Shown: positions 47,220-60,305 of the stretch, in pieces
How the letters are laid out: each line of letters starts with the position of its first letter
Position numbering within the stretch: position 1 is the stretch's first letter
Assembly: GCA_035650735.1 (NCBI GenBank)
Contig: DASRGZ010000017.1
Span: 1-64,000 of the forward strand
DNA: 64,000 nucleotides
Source: Chthonomonadaceae bacterium
GTDB taxonomy: Bacteria > Armatimonadota > Chthonomonadetes > Chthonomonadales > Chthonomonadaceae
Direction of reading: 5' to 3'
Program-made: the position numbers and the translations under genes
The notes under the pieces: model-generated
Databases searched by the model: none
The model's input: the letters and a program-made list of their open reading frames with translations, nothing else
What the model was told of the DNA's origin: nothing

Positions 47220-48611
47220 ATGCTGCGATCCGGGGCGAATCACGAACCAGCGAGCGACGCGCCTGCCTGTGTCGCCATCTACCGCCCCTTCTTTCTGGCG
47301 GGGATGCTGAGCGTGCTGACCACCGGATGTCTGCTCGGTGCCGTCGCCATGCTGGGTATCTCCCTGCAGGGCAGCTATACGGCCAACGGATGGTCCCCCT
47401 ACATCCTCGCCCATGCCAATTCGCAGCTCTACGGCTGGGTCGGGCTGTTTGTGATGGGCGTTGCCCTCCAGCAGCATCGGCCCCGGCTCAGCCGCGCGAA
47501 ACTGTTTCATTGCCTTGCCACCTGCTCGCTCGCTCTGGTCGGCCTCTCTATCGGGCTGCGGTTTGTGGCCGAGCCGCTGGTGGCGCAGGCGCGTTCGCCC
47601 TGGCTGTGGGTCGGCATCGCGTCCGGCGTGATGCAGGCGGTCGCCGTTTGCCTGTTCGTCGCCAACATTCGCCTGACCCGCCACCGCCTCAGAGACCCCG
47701 CCACCGGCGCGGCGGCGGGCCTACCCTGGCAGAGCCTCTTTGTGTTTGCGGCGCTGGGCTGGTGGATGCTGGTCGCCCTTGCCGAGCCGTTCGTCTTCGC
47801 GCTCTCCCACCAGGCAGACCGGATGCAGAGCGTCTTCTTCATCGCCCGCTGGTTTGTTCCCTATCGCGAGGCGCAGTTCCTCGGCTTCGTGGTGAATATG
47901 ATCTTCGGGGTGGCGCTGGCGCGCTTGAGAAGCGATTTCGGGGTGTCTGCGGCCTATCGCCGCATCGGCTTGGCCGGATTTGCCCTCTGGAATCTGGGGC
48001 TAGTGGCGCGGATCGCCGGATGGCTCTGGTATTTCGATGCGGGCATGAGCGCGGGCAGCGGCAGCCTCTACCATATCGGCGGTCTGCTGCTGGCTGCCGG
48101 GGCGTTGTGGCTGGTCTATAGCTCCCGGCTGTTCGAGCCGCTGGCCGGCGCGCTCCCCGCGCATAAATTCTTGCGCGCCGCGTTCGGATGGCTGCTGCTC
48201 GCTGGCTTGCTTATGTTGCTGGAGCCGTGGCATCTGGGCCAGATCGGCAGGCCGTTCTCACATGCCTATACGGGCGCGATCCGCCATGCGCTGACGGTAG
48301 GTTTCATCTCGCAGATGATCGTCGGAGTATCCATCTACATCGTGCCGCGCCTGCGTGGAATAGAGCCGCAGGCGCAGAGGCCGCTGTGGGCCGTCTTCTG
48401 GCTGCTGAACCTGGGCAATGCGCTGCGGGTCGCCGGGGAGATCATCACCGACTACACGCCCGCCAGCTTCCTGCCCATGGGCGTCACCGGCTTTATCGAG
48501 TTGGCGGCGCTTGCCCTCTGGGCCGTCTATCTAGGCCGCCTGATTCTCTCGTCGGCTCCGGCTGCCAGTATCCGCCAGATCGGCGATGTCCCTTCCCCAC
48601 GCATCGCCTAA
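47220..48611 (+). CDS. NnrS-like multi-TM protein
   Basis: YRPFFLAG, HANSQLYGW and RHALTVGF. About 12 TM helices, downstream of ric. Confidence 0.75.
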   Translation: MLRSGANHEPASDAPACVAIYRPFFLAGMLSVLTTGCLLGAVAMLGISLQGSYTANGWSPYILAHANSQLYGWVGLFVMGVALQQHRPRLSRAKLFHCLATCSLALVGLSIGLRFVAEPLVAQARSPWLWVGIASGVMQAVAVCLFVANIRLTRHRLRDPATGAAAGLPWQSLFVFAALGWWMLVALAEPFVFALSHQADRMQSVFFIARWFVPYREAQFLGFVVNMIFGVALARLRSDFGVSAAYRRIGLAGFALWNLGLVARIAGWLWYFDAGMSAGSGSLYHIGGLLLAAGALWLVYSSRLFEPLAGALPAHKFLRAAFGWLLLAGLLMLLEPWHLGQIGRPFSHAYTGAIRHALTVGFISQMIVGVSIYIVPRLRGIEPQAQRPLWAVFWLLNLGNALRVAGEIITDYTPASFLPMGVTGFIELAALALWAVYLGRLILSSAPAASIRQIGDVPSPRIA

Positions 48612-48634
48612 ACTAAATCACGCAACACGGCGGC

Positions 48635-49430
48635 TCAGGGTCGGATCGCTACCTTGATGACATTGTCGCACCGCGCGCCGAATAGATCGTAGGCCTCGAC
48701 GATATTGTCCAGCGAGAAGGTGTGCGTCAGCAGCAGCGTCAGGTCCACGCGCCAATGCCGGACGGTCTCGATCAGGCGGCGCATACGCTCTTTTCCGCCG
48801 GGGCAGAGGGCAGTTACGATACGATAGGCCCCGATCCCGGCGGCATTAGGCATCGTAGGGAACCTGGAGCTTGCCGGAATAGACGCCCAGGCTGGAGAGC
48901 GTGCCGCCCGGACGCAGGCAGCGCAGGCAGTTCTCGAAGGTTTTCTGCGTTCCCAACGCCTCGATAGCCACGTCCGCGCCGCCTCCCGTCAGCCGCTTCA
49001 CCTCGGCGATCACGTCCTGATGCGTAAAGTTGAGAACGCCATCCGCGCCCATGCGCTCTGCCGTCTGTAGCCGGTTCTCGTCGCTATCCACGCCAATAAT
49101 GAGAGAAGCGCCCATCAGCCGCGCGCCCGCCGTCGCGCACAGCCCGAGAGGCCCCTGCGCGAAGACGACGACGGCATCGCCGATCTTCACGCCGCCGGAT
49201 TCGGCGCCGCTAAAACCGGTGGAGGCGATGTCCGCCAGCAGAACCATCTGCTCATCGCGCACATCGTCGGGAATTTTAGCCAGGTTGGCCTGCGCGTTCG
49301 GAACCACCAGGTATTCGGCTTGCGCGCCGTTTATGGTGTTGCCGAAGCGCCAGCCGCCGATAGCTTCGTATCCGTTCCCATGTCCGCACTGCGATAAATG
49401 CCCGGACAGGCAGGCACAGCATTGCCCGCA
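48635..49430 (-). pseudogene. NAD(P)-dependent secondary alcohol dehydrogenase remnant
   Basis: CGQCCAC..GGWRFGNTINGAQAEY and LCPGGKERMRRL. 5' truncated at about 49430, with a 1-bp insertion near 48846. Confidence 0.88.
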
Positions 49431-49659
49431 TCAGGGTAGCCGGAAGTGCAGGGTAACGCCCTCAGGAGGCCGGATAGACGGCGAAATTACATCCGCGAAA
49501 CGGCGGATTATTCAGGACCGGGCTGCCACTCTCCCCACTTTACCGGGCTGCGCCGAATCAGGTACAATAGCAAGGTTTGCGCCGCCATTTTCCTGAGAGC
49601 CAATTTTCAAAAGCATACGTAAGCGCTGCGCTGCCGGATGGAAATCCATCTTCACTCCG

Positions 49660-49885
49660 GGCGAGTGAATTCGCAGCAATGAAGGCATCAAGTCCGCCTT
49701 CGCCGCCTCATGTCTCCCCTCTCCCGCAGCGCGGATCGCCAGGCGGAGGGGTGTCGCCAGGCAGAGCCGTGTCGCGAGGCGGAGGCAGGGGCCGTAACCC
49801 TGCCGACCCTTGCAGTCCGTTGAGCGGCGTCCCTGGCAGTCCATTGCAGCCCCGACCCTAGCAGTAGGGGAAGGGGGTGAGGGCC
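49660..49885. repeat. Composite repeat cluster homologous to 13472-13792 and 17744-17890
   Basis: GCGAGTGAATTCGC, CCCCTCTCCCGCAGCG and a GCNAGG/CCTNGC array. Confidence 0.85.
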
Positions 49886-49924
49886 AACAAGCAGCGAGGG
49901 CGCACAAGAAGGAGACTTTCTGTT

Positions 49925-52591
<2,667 letters not shown>

Positions 52592-52615
52592 AACATGTTC
52601 CTCGTTCGTTACCTG

Positions 52616-52660
52616 GAGAGGTGCAGGGAGAAGTCGAAAAGGCTTCTCCCTGCACCTCTC
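52616..52660. terminator. Strong hairpin after ppdK
   Basis: GAGAGGTGCAGGGAGAAG..CTTCTCCCTGCACCTCTC. Confidence 0.7.
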
Positions 52661-52820
52661 GTGTTTAGGTAGGCCGGTTTGTATAATGAAGCGCTCAGGC
52701 TGAGAGCCATTGCCGATAACAAACAGAAAGCGCCGGGATCTTCTCGAAGCCGGAGCTAGGCTGATGTCCGTATGGTTAACAGTTCATAGTCAGATTCGTA
52801 ACGGAAAGCAGGTCCCGGTT

Positions 52821-54059
52821 ATGTCTGAACAACCCCACACGCAGCCCGAACGACGCGTATTCCATCCGGCCACTTACCAGGACTGGATCCGGGCAGGCTT
52901 TTTTTCGGCCCTGGGAGTGGCGGCGCTTGCGCTTGTGGCGCTGGTCGTCTGGCGATTAGCGCGCGCGGCGCTGGAGATCATTGCCCCGTTCGTGGTGGCG
53001 GCGGTTCTCGCTATGCTGCTCGATCCGCTTGTAGATCGCCTGGAACGCCGTGGCTTGCGACGGATTTTCGCCGTCGGGTTGGTATTTTGTGTATTCCTGC
53101 TTCTGCTCCTGGTGGCGGGAGCCATTGCCATACCGATCCTTGTCAGCCAGGCGAGCGAGCTGGCGCAGAGTGGCCCCGAGTACATTGCCCGCCTCAGAGC
53201 CTACACGGACGATTTCCTGGCCCACCACCGGCGCATTCTGGGCTTTTCCATGCCCCGCAACTTCTATATGCTGTCTGCGGAATTTTCGGATAGGGCCTCC
53301 GAGATCCTGAAGCATTCAGCCGGCAGTATTCCCGCGTTTCTGCTCGGTTCGGTCGCAATGCTGCTTGAAACTGTGGTCACGCTGATCGTGACCTTCTATC
53401 TGCTGCTGGACATTGATCGACTGCGAGCACGCCTGTATTACTTGCTGCCGGAGAAAGCGCGCGGCCCCATGAGGATGTTCGCCCAAGACATCGGCCGGGT
53501 CTTCTCAGAATACCTGCGCGGCCTGCTCATCGTTTCCGTGCTCTATGGGGCGATGACACTCGTCTTGCTGTTGGGGTTATCGCTGGTCCATTCCGAACTA
53601 GCGCGTTATGCCTTGTTGATCGGGGTTGTCGGCGGACTGCTCTATGCGGTGCCCTATATCGGCCCTCTGGTGACGGCGCTGATAACCTTTCTAGTAGCGT
53701 TCGCGGCGGGCGGCATCGGCTTTGGCGGCGTGGCGGTGGTGCTCACGCTGGCACTGAACCAGGTCTTTGACAACATTGTGACACCGCGTATCGTTGGAGG
53801 CGGTGTCGGCCTACATCCCGTGGCCGCTCTCTTCGCGCTGACGCTGGGCGGCGCGTTGTTCGGCTTATGGGGTATGCTGCTCTCCGTGCCTATAGCGGCC
53901 AGTATTCAAGCGATTCTGTTCCGCCTTTTCCCGAAATTGACGACGCCCACCCCGTTGTCGTTCTTGCAGGCGCAGGGTGTTCGTCCGGACGAGGAGGAAG
54001 CTCCCAAAATCCTGCAAGGTGGGGAGGTCTCCGAAGAAAGCAGACCGGCGCCCCTGTAG
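52821..54059 (+). CDS. AI-2E family transporter
   Basis: LDPLVDRLER, YLRG, VPYIGP, PRIVG..VGLHP and GMLLSVPIAA. Confidence 0.93.
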   Translation: MSEQPHTQPERRVFHPATYQDWIRAGFFSALGVAALALVALVVWRLARAALEIIAPFVVAAVLAMLLDPLVDRLERRGLRRIFAVGLVFCVFLLLLLVAGAIAIPILVSQASELAQSGPEYIARLRAYTDDFLAHHRRILGFSMPRNFYMLSAEFSDRASEILKHSAGSIPAFLLGSVAMLLETVVTLIVTFYLLLDIDRLRARLYYLLPEKARGPMRMFAQDIGRVFSEYLRGLLIVSVLYGAMTLVLLLGLSLVHSELARYALLIGVVGGLLYAVPYIGPLVTALITFLVAFAAGGIGFGGVAVVLTLALNQVFDNIVTPRIVGGGVGLHPVAALFALTLGGALFGLWGMLLSVPIAASIQAILFRLFPKLTTPTPLSFLQAQGVRPDEEEAPKILQGGEVSEESRPAPL

Positions 54060-54082
54060 AGCTTCGTTAGGGAGCGGCGGAA

Positions 54083-54215
54083 TTGGTGGAGAGTTTGCAG
54101 ACAGAAAGCAGAGTTCGTCTCCTTCCACAATCTCACGAATTATTCGTTGCTGCGCTCGATCTCTACAAACAACGCCCTGACAAAGAGTGGAGCTTAACGG
54201 ACTGCGCTTCCATCA
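54083..54215 (+). pseudogene. PIN/VapC toxin internal fragment
   Basis: ELFVAALDLYKQRPDKEWSLTDCAS is typical of the VapC C-terminal half. No N-terminus is present. Confidence 0.7.
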
Positions 54216-54251
54216 TTTCTGAATCCTATTCTAAGAAGTACAGGAGTCGGT

Positions 54252-55253
54252 ATGCGCCTCAAGACAACGGTTGTCGGAAGCTATCCCATCCCGTCCTGGC
54301 TGGCGGCTCTGCCAAGCCGTCCCAACCTGCGCGACGCCATTATGGTCGTGCTGAGAACGCAGGAGCTGGCGGGCATAGATGTGATTTCGGACGGCGAGCT
54401 TTCGCGCTTCGACGTCAGCCACCCGGAAACCAACGGGATGATCGAGTACTTTATTAGCCCGATGGAAGGCGTCACCACGCAGGTAAGCCGTAAAGACCTG
54501 GCGGCGTTCCGCTCGCAGTCGGGCATGGCCTTCCGCGCCCGACCGGCAGGCATCGTGCAGGGGCCCATCGGGGAAGGCACGCTCAACCTGCCTGCCGCCT
54601 GGGAGTTCGTCCGGCCTTTGACCCGCGCGCCGCTCAAGTTCACCGTCACCTCGCCCTACATGCTGGCGAAGACCCTGCTGGATCGGCACTACCGCGATGT
54701 GCGCGCCCTGGCTATGGATATTGCGGAGACGCTGCGCCGTCAGGCGGCCGAGATTGACGCGGCGGTGCTGCAAGTGGATGAGGCAAACCTGACGGGACAC
54801 CCGGAGGATGCGGGCTGGGCGCACGAGCCTATCAACCACGTACTGCGCGGGGCGCGCGGCCAGAAGGCGGTGCATCTCTGCTTCGGCAACTACGGCGGGC
54901 AGACCATACAGCGCGGCTTCTGGGCGGACCTGCTGCCGTTCCTGAACGCCCTGGATGTAAACCATTTGGTTCTTGAGTTCGCGCGTCGGGGCTACGCCGA
55001 ATTGGATGTTTTCAAAGACCTGCGGGACGACATTGCGCTCGGCGTCGGGGTGATAGACATTAAGGATAATGAAGTGGAGACCGTCGAAGAGGTCGCGCGC
55101 CGGATCGAGGGGGCGGTCAAGATACTCGGTCCGGAGCGGATTCAATGGGTGCATCCGGACTGCGGTTTCTGGATGCTGCCGCGCAGCGTAGCCGACCGCA
55201 AGATGGCGGCGCTCGTCGCCGGGCGCGACCGGTTTCTGGGCGGAGGCGGCTAA
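54252..55253 (+). CDS. Cobalamin-independent methionine synthase II family (single barrel)
   Basis: TTVVGSYP, QELAGIDVISDGE, HLCFGN and PDCG. Confidence 0.9.
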   Translation: MRLKTTVVGSYPIPSWLAALPSRPNLRDAIMVVLRTQELAGIDVISDGELSRFDVSHPETNGMIEYFISPMEGVTTQVSRKDLAAFRSQSGMAFRARPAGIVQGPIGEGTLNLPAAWEFVRPLTRAPLKFTVTSPYMLAKTLLDRHYRDVRALAMDIAETLRRQAAEIDAAVLQVDEANLTGHPEDAGWAHEPINHVLRGARGQKAVHLCFGNYGGQTIQRGFWADLLPFLNALDVNHLVLEFARRGYAELDVFKDLRDDIALGVGVIDIKDNEVETVEEVARRIEGAVKILGPERIQWVHPDCGFWMLPRSVADRKMAALVAGRDRFLGGGG

Positions 55254-55453
55254 AAGTCAAACCGGCACTGCTTGCCGCCTTCAAGAGCGCCGATAATACG
55301 GAAGAGGTCCCTGCGCCATCGGCAAGCTGCCGGCCGCTCCATCGTGCCGTTGGGGATAGAGTTCGGATCACGAAACGCCGTGGAGAGGAGTGCCGGCTTG
55401 TGCTATGTTTAGCGCAGGATCGATTGCGTGTGGTTGAAGGAGACAGGTACGGG

Positions 55454-56860
55454 ATGGCAACGGTAGATCCCCGGGTCTTTCGGACATATGATATTCGAGC
55501 GCTCGTCCCCGAACTGGTGGATGAGGACAGCCTCTATTACGGCCAGGTCGGCGCAGCGGACGCCTTCCAGGCTCCCCTGACCCCCGAAGGCGTCGAGCGC
55601 ATCGGGCGCGGCCTGGCCGCTTTCTTCGCCTCGCCTACCGTCGTCATCGGCCATGACGCCCGCCTCTCCAGCCCCGAGTGGGCCATCGCCCTGGCCTGTG
55701 GACTCAACCGCCAGGGCGTGGATGTCCTCGACATCGGCCTGGCTACCACCGACATGGTCTACTATGCCTCCGGCAAGCTCGCCCTGCCCGCCGTCATCAT
55801 CACCGCCTCCCACTGCACCAAAGAGCTCAACGGCATGAAGCTGGTCAAAGCCGGCGCCCATGTCGTCGGTAAGGGCGCGGGCATGGAAGAACTGCGCGAC
55901 CTGGTGCTGGCCGGCACCTTCGGCACGGCCAATCGTCCGGGCCGCGTGACCCGAAGGAGCCTGCTAGACGAGTACCTGGCCCACCTGCGCACCTTTGTCG
56001 CGGCAGACCAGATTGCGCCCTTGCGCCTGGTGGCCGATGCCGGCAACGGCGTCGGCGGCCTGGTCGCCCGCCCCCTGCTTTCCGGCCTGCCCCAGTTGGA
56101 GGTCACCGCGCTCTACTTTGAGCCGGATGGCCGCTTCCCCCACCACGAGGCCAACCCCTTCGTGCCGGAGAACATCATCGAGTTGCAGGCGCGCGTTCCG
56201 GCCTCCGGGGCCGATCTGGGCGTGGCCTGGGACGGGGATGCCGACCGGGTCGTCTTCCTCGACGAGCGGGGCCGGCCCGTGCCCGGAGATTTCGTCACCG
56301 CCCTGGTGGCTCGCCACTTCCTGGAGCGCCATCCCGGGGCCGGCATCGTCTACGACCTGCGGGCCTCCTGGGCCGTGAAAGAGTGGGTGGAGCGGCTGGG
56401 AGGCCGGCCCATCTCCGAGCGGGTGGGCCACTCCTACATCAAGCGCACCATGCGCGCCGAGGATGCAGTCTTCGGCGGAGAGGTCTCCGGCCACTACTAC
56501 TTCCGCGACCACTACTATGCCGATAACGGCTTCATTCCGCTGCTTTCGGTGCTGCGGATGCTCTCGGAGGCGAACGTCCCCTTGAGTCAACTGGTAGCCA
56601 GCCTGGGCGAGTACTACTTATCCGGGGAGATTAACTCGACGGTTTCGGATGTGGAGGCAGTGCTTGCGCGGCTGCAGGCGCGCTATGCCGACGGGGTGCT
56701 GGAGTTTCGGGATGGGCTGAGCGTGGAGTATCCGGACTGGCACTTTAACGTGCGGCCTTCGGCCAATGACCCGGTGGTGCGCCTGAACCTGGAGGCGAGA
56801 ACTCAGGAGAAGATGGAGCAGAAGCGCGAAGAGGTCCTGGCCTTAATACGGCAGGAATAG
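55454..56860 (+). CDS. Phosphomannomutase/phosphoglucomutase
   Basis: FRTYDIR, ITASH, WDGDADR and GGEVSGHYYF. Confidence 0.95.
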   Translation: MATVDPRVFRTYDIRALVPELVDEDSLYYGQVGAADAFQAPLTPEGVERIGRGLAAFFASPTVVIGHDARLSSPEWAIALACGLNRQGVDVLDIGLATTDMVYYASGKLALPAVIITASHCTKELNGMKLVKAGAHVVGKGAGMEELRDLVLAGTFGTANRPGRVTRRSLLDEYLAHLRTFVAADQIAPLRLVADAGNGVGGLVARPLLSGLPQLEVTALYFEPDGRFPHHEANPFVPENIIELQARVPASGADLGVAWDGDADRVVFLDERGRPVPGDFVTALVARHFLERHPGAGIVYDLRASWAVKEWVERLGGRPISERVGHSYIKRTMRAEDAVFGGEVSGHYYFRDHYYADNGFIPLLSVLRMLSEANVPLSQLVASLGEYYLSGEINSTVSDVEAVLARLQARYADGVLEFRDGLSVEYPDWHFNVRPSANDPVVRLNLEARTQEKMEQKREEVLALIRQE

Positions 56861-56875
56861 GAAGCCCTCTCTCCA

Positions 56876-57110
56876 CGACGGGCTAAAGCCCTTCGCTTTG
56901 TAGCCTGCGGCTCAGTGACTGCTAGGGTCGGGCCTACAACGGACTGCAAGGGGCGGCAAGGTTACGGCCCTTGCCTCCGCCTAGCGACACCTTGCGACAG
57001 CCCTCCGCCTGGCGACCCCTGCGGGGACACAACCTTTCGGTGGGCTGTTTAGTGTCCACGCAGGTGGACACTGGGCGGAACGCCACCGAGCGAGGGAATT
57101 CATTCCCTTG
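56876..57110. repeat. Family-C composite REPIN-like element
   Basis: CGACGGGCTAAAGCCCTTCGCT end, a GCNAGG array and a GCAG-loop hairpin. Homologous to 60333-60539. Confidence 0.85.
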
Positions 57111-57289
57111 TGCTCGTGTTTTTCCCTCTATCGAACTGTTCTGTGGCCGAATTCGTATCGGTTTTCAGGATCGCGCCGGACCGGGGCGGAAGCCACAGGC
57201 AGCAGAAGCGCACCGCGGATAGCCTATCCAACGGGCCCCGGAGGCCGGCCTGGACTGCGATCCAGATATGTGGATAACGAGGAAGTCTT

Positions 57290-58120
57290 ATGTGCCTGCG
57301 CCCTCCACACAGGAAGACCGTTCTCGTGTCGGTGCTAGCCCTGCTCTGCCTTGTGCTGCGGCGAGGCCCTGCCCACGCGGCCCCTTCCCTCGAACAGATA
57401 CGCGCCAGCATTCGGCGGGCCGAGAGACAGGGCGCACGAGTCGGCGTCTACATCAAGGACCTCTCCACCGGACAGGTCTTGTTCCGCTATAACCAGGACA
57501 GGCGTTTTCTCTCGGCCAGCGTGCTCAAGCTTGGCGTCCTGGGAACCATCTACTGGCTGCATCGGCATAAGGGGCTGCCGCTGACGCCCGCACGCCTGCA
57601 GGAGATGCAGGAGATGATCGGCGTCAGCGACAACGGCGCCGCCGACCGCCTGGTTAGCCAGTGCGGCAGAGCCAGGATCAATTGGTTTCTGGCCGCGCAG
57701 CTCGGCTGCCATCAGACGCGCCTGACGCACGGCTTTAGCCACGGCGGGGGAGGCGCCAACGTGACGACGCCTTATGAGGCGGTACGGCAACTGGAGTATC
57801 TCTTGCTGGATCCGAGCCTGGCACGTTTCCAGCCGCAGATTCGTGAGTTTCTGACGGTGGCGCGCTGGCACGACCCGACGCGCCTGGTGCGCTACATCGG
57901 CGCGGACATGGACTGCTACCGCAAAACCGGCACGCAGGCGCGGGTGCTCAACGATGTCGCCTACTGTGAGAATCCCAATAACGTCCATCGTCTCATTGCC
58001 AGCTTCCTTTCCTGGCATGGCTCGCAGGAGACCAACCTTCTTCTGAGCGAACAGATCTCTCGTTATCTAGCCGCGAAACTGGCCCAAACCCCTCCCGCGC
58101 AGAAAAGACTGGCCGGTTAG
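57290..58120 (+). CDS. Exported class A beta-lactamase-like serine hydrolase
   Basis: Signal peptide, ASVLK (SxxK), SDN and KTG. Confidence 0.88.
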   Translation: MCLRPPHRKTVLVSVLALLCLVLRRGPAHAAPSLEQIRASIRRAERQGARVGVYIKDLSTGQVLFRYNQDRRFLSASVLKLGVLGTIYWLHRHKGLPLTPARLQEMQEMIGVSDNGAADRLVSQCGRARINWFLAAQLGCHQTRLTHGFSHGGGGANVTTPYEAVRQLEYLLLDPSLARFQPQIREFLTVARWHDPTRLVRYIGADMDCYRKTGTQARVLNDVAYCENPNNVHRLIASFLSWHGSQETNLLLSEQISRYLAAKLAQTPPAQKRLAG

Positions 58121-58232
58121 ATGCGCGCCTGGGTGGGAAACGCATCCCTCCTTCTGCCTGAGCTACGTCCTTGATCCTAACGGTGACCACCCTAGAATCC
58201 TGGCACCCTGGCCTTCTGTTTGAGCTACGCCC

Positions 58233-59195
58233 TTGATCCTGACGGTAACGCCCAATGCCGCGATAGACAAGACCTATCAGGTAGAGGATTTCTGCCTGGA
58301 CCGCGTGCATCGCCCGCTCTCAATACGGGCGGTTGCGGGCGGCAAAGGGATCAACGTCGCGCGCGTCTACCAGGCGCTGGGAGGCACGGCCCTCACGACC
58401 GGCTTCCTCGGCGGCAGCAACGGACGATTTATCGCGCAGGGGCTGGAGCGGGAGGGCATCGCGGGCGATTTCGTGTGGATACGTGGCGAATCGCGGCTGT
58501 GCATCGCCATTGTAGACCCGAAGCGCGGCACGCAGACCGAGATCAACGAGCCAGGTCCGGAGGTTTCGGCGCGGGCGGTGCGGCGGCTGCGGCGGCACGT
58601 GGAGAGCCTGCTCGCGCGGCAGCACTTTGATTTTCTGGTCTTGAACGGCAGCTTGCCGGTGAACGTGCCGGAGACGCTGTACGCGGATCTAATTGAGGTC
58701 GCGCGCCGGACAGGGACTCCGGCGGCGCTGGATGCCAGTGGCGCGGCTTTGCAGGCGGGATTGCGCGCCCGGCCCTGGTTGGTTAAGCCCAACCGGTTTG
58801 AACTGGAGAGAGTTCTGGGCAGGCCCTTGCCGACAGAGGCGCAAATCATGGAGGCAGCGCGTGCGCTCCATGCTGACGGCATTCCCGTTGTCGCCATCAC
58901 GCAAGGCCGTGAAGGGGCGATACTGGTCACGGACGCCGGAGCCTGGTGCGCCGAGCCGCCTCCCATCCAGGCGATCAATCCGGTGGCCTCCGGCGATTCC
59001 TTTCTTGCGGCGTTTCTCTGGGCCTGGGCGCGGGAGGAGCGGCCCGGCGATGCCGCCTATGCGCTCCAGATGGGGGTCGGGGCCGGCGCGGCCAATGCCG
59101 CCACGCTCAACGCCGCCACCTGTTCCCGCGTCGCCATTGAGGAGCTTGCCTCACGCACCATCGTACGGCGGTTAGGAGACAAGGGGCCGATGTGA
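58233..59195 (+). CDS. 1-phosphofructokinase/LacC-family sugar kinase (PfkB)
   Basis: ILTVTPNAAID, GGKGINVAR, VKPNRFE and SGDSF. Confidence 0.93.
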   Translation: MILTVTPNAAIDKTYQVEDFCLDRVHRPLSIRAVAGGKGINVARVYQALGGTALTTGFLGGSNGRFIAQGLEREGIAGDFVWIRGESRLCIAIVDPKRGTQTEINEPGPEVSARAVRRLRRHVESLLARQHFDFLVLNGSLPVNVPETLYADLIEVARRTGTPAALDASGAALQAGLRARPWLVKPNRFELERVLGRPLPTEAQIMEAARALHADGIPVVAITQGREGAILVTDAGAWCAEPPPIQAINPVASGDSFLAAFLWAWAREERPGDAAYALQMGVGAGAANAATLNAATCSRVAIEELASRTIVRRLGDKGPM

Positions 59196-60104
59196 ATGTC
59201 CGGGATGCAGCCGGAATGACCGTTCTGATTCACTCCAACGGCGTAGCGCGTTCAAAAATCGTTTCCCGGCGGAAAAGGAAGCGCGCATCCGGCGTCCTTT
59301 CTGACTCAGCCAATGACCGAGTTGCGCTCCGGCATATCCCAGGACGACCCAGGGCGTTACGCCCGTAATTCCGGGAAGCGGCGACGGTATCCAGCCTCCG
59401 AGCAGTGGGTCCATGATGAAACCTGCATAGGACAGTGCCAATGTAAGGCCAGGCAACAGAAGCGCCGGGATAGCCAGCAGAGCTAGCGCGTTCACTACCC
59501 CGCGTCCGGCGCGATGGCGCACGAGCAGTCCGGTCACCAGCCCAACCAGCAGAGGAACGACGAAAAGCTCAAAGCGGTAGAAGGCTGTCAGGCCCGCCGT
59601 AGGAAGCATCGTGGTTGAGTCTCCGTTAGTCACCTTCATCATCCCGTCCCCGCCGATCCCAAACAGGCGCGACCAGACTCGCCAGGCCAACTGCGTCGCG
59701 TCGGCAGCATAGAAGGCGCTGAACAGTCCCAACGCGAGCAGCGTGGCCGGACGGGCGGACGGCGTTCGGCCTCGTGATGGGAGCGCGGTTTCTCCCAGTC
59801 GCTTGCCCGTGACAGAATGGGACGCGCTGTGCTGTCGTATGGCCGCCGTGACCGCTTCTTCTAAGGGGCTGCCGAGCTCCTGATGCGCGGCAATCAGCGT
59901 GTCCAGTTCCGCACGCATTGCGGCACGTCTCTGCTGTCGGGCCGCATAGGGAATGGTTCCGATCAGTGGAGCGCAGAGGCCGTCGAGATAATCTTCGATC
60001 TCGGCCTGGCATCCGGTCAAATCCAGAGATGGGTTAGGGGTGAATGCCGATTGTACGGGCTGTCCCGCTACGAACTGGGAATCTTCGGAAGTGTGTTCGA
60101 GCAT
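59172..60104 (-). CDS. Membrane protein with N-terminal permease-prefix/HAAS-like domain
   Basis: IEDYLDGL..RAELDTLIAAHQELG..EEAV followed by about 4 TM helices. RBS AGGAGG. Confidence 0.7.
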   Translation of the reverse strand: MLEHTSEDSQFVAGQPVQSAFTPNPSLDLTGCQAEIEDYLDGLCAPLIGTIPYAARQQRRAAMRAELDTLIAAHQELGSPLEEAVTAAIRQHSASHSVTGKRLGETALPSRGRTPSARPATLLALGLFSAFYAADATQLAWRVWSRLFGIGGDGMMKVTNGDSTTMLPTAGLTAFYRFELFVVPLLVGLVTGLLVRHRAGRGVVNALALLAIPALLLPGLTLALSYAGFIMDPLLGGWIPSPLPGITGVTPWVVLGYAGAQLGHWLSQKGRRMRASFSAGKRFLNALRRWSESERSFRLHPGHSHRPLVS

Positions 60105-60305
60105 GATTTCCTCCTCCTTCTACCCTCTTATACGGGACTGCGGCGAGGAATTGCATAGCTCCAGAAACCCTGCGCTAACAAAGTGTTGAGGAAAAGTGAT
60201 GTGCTCTCCCCTCTCCTTCGCAAGGAGAAGCCCTCACCCCCTGCCCCCTCTCCCACGCTGCGGGAGAGGGGAGAGCATAAGCCGGGTCACCCCCTTCCCT
60301 CGCAG

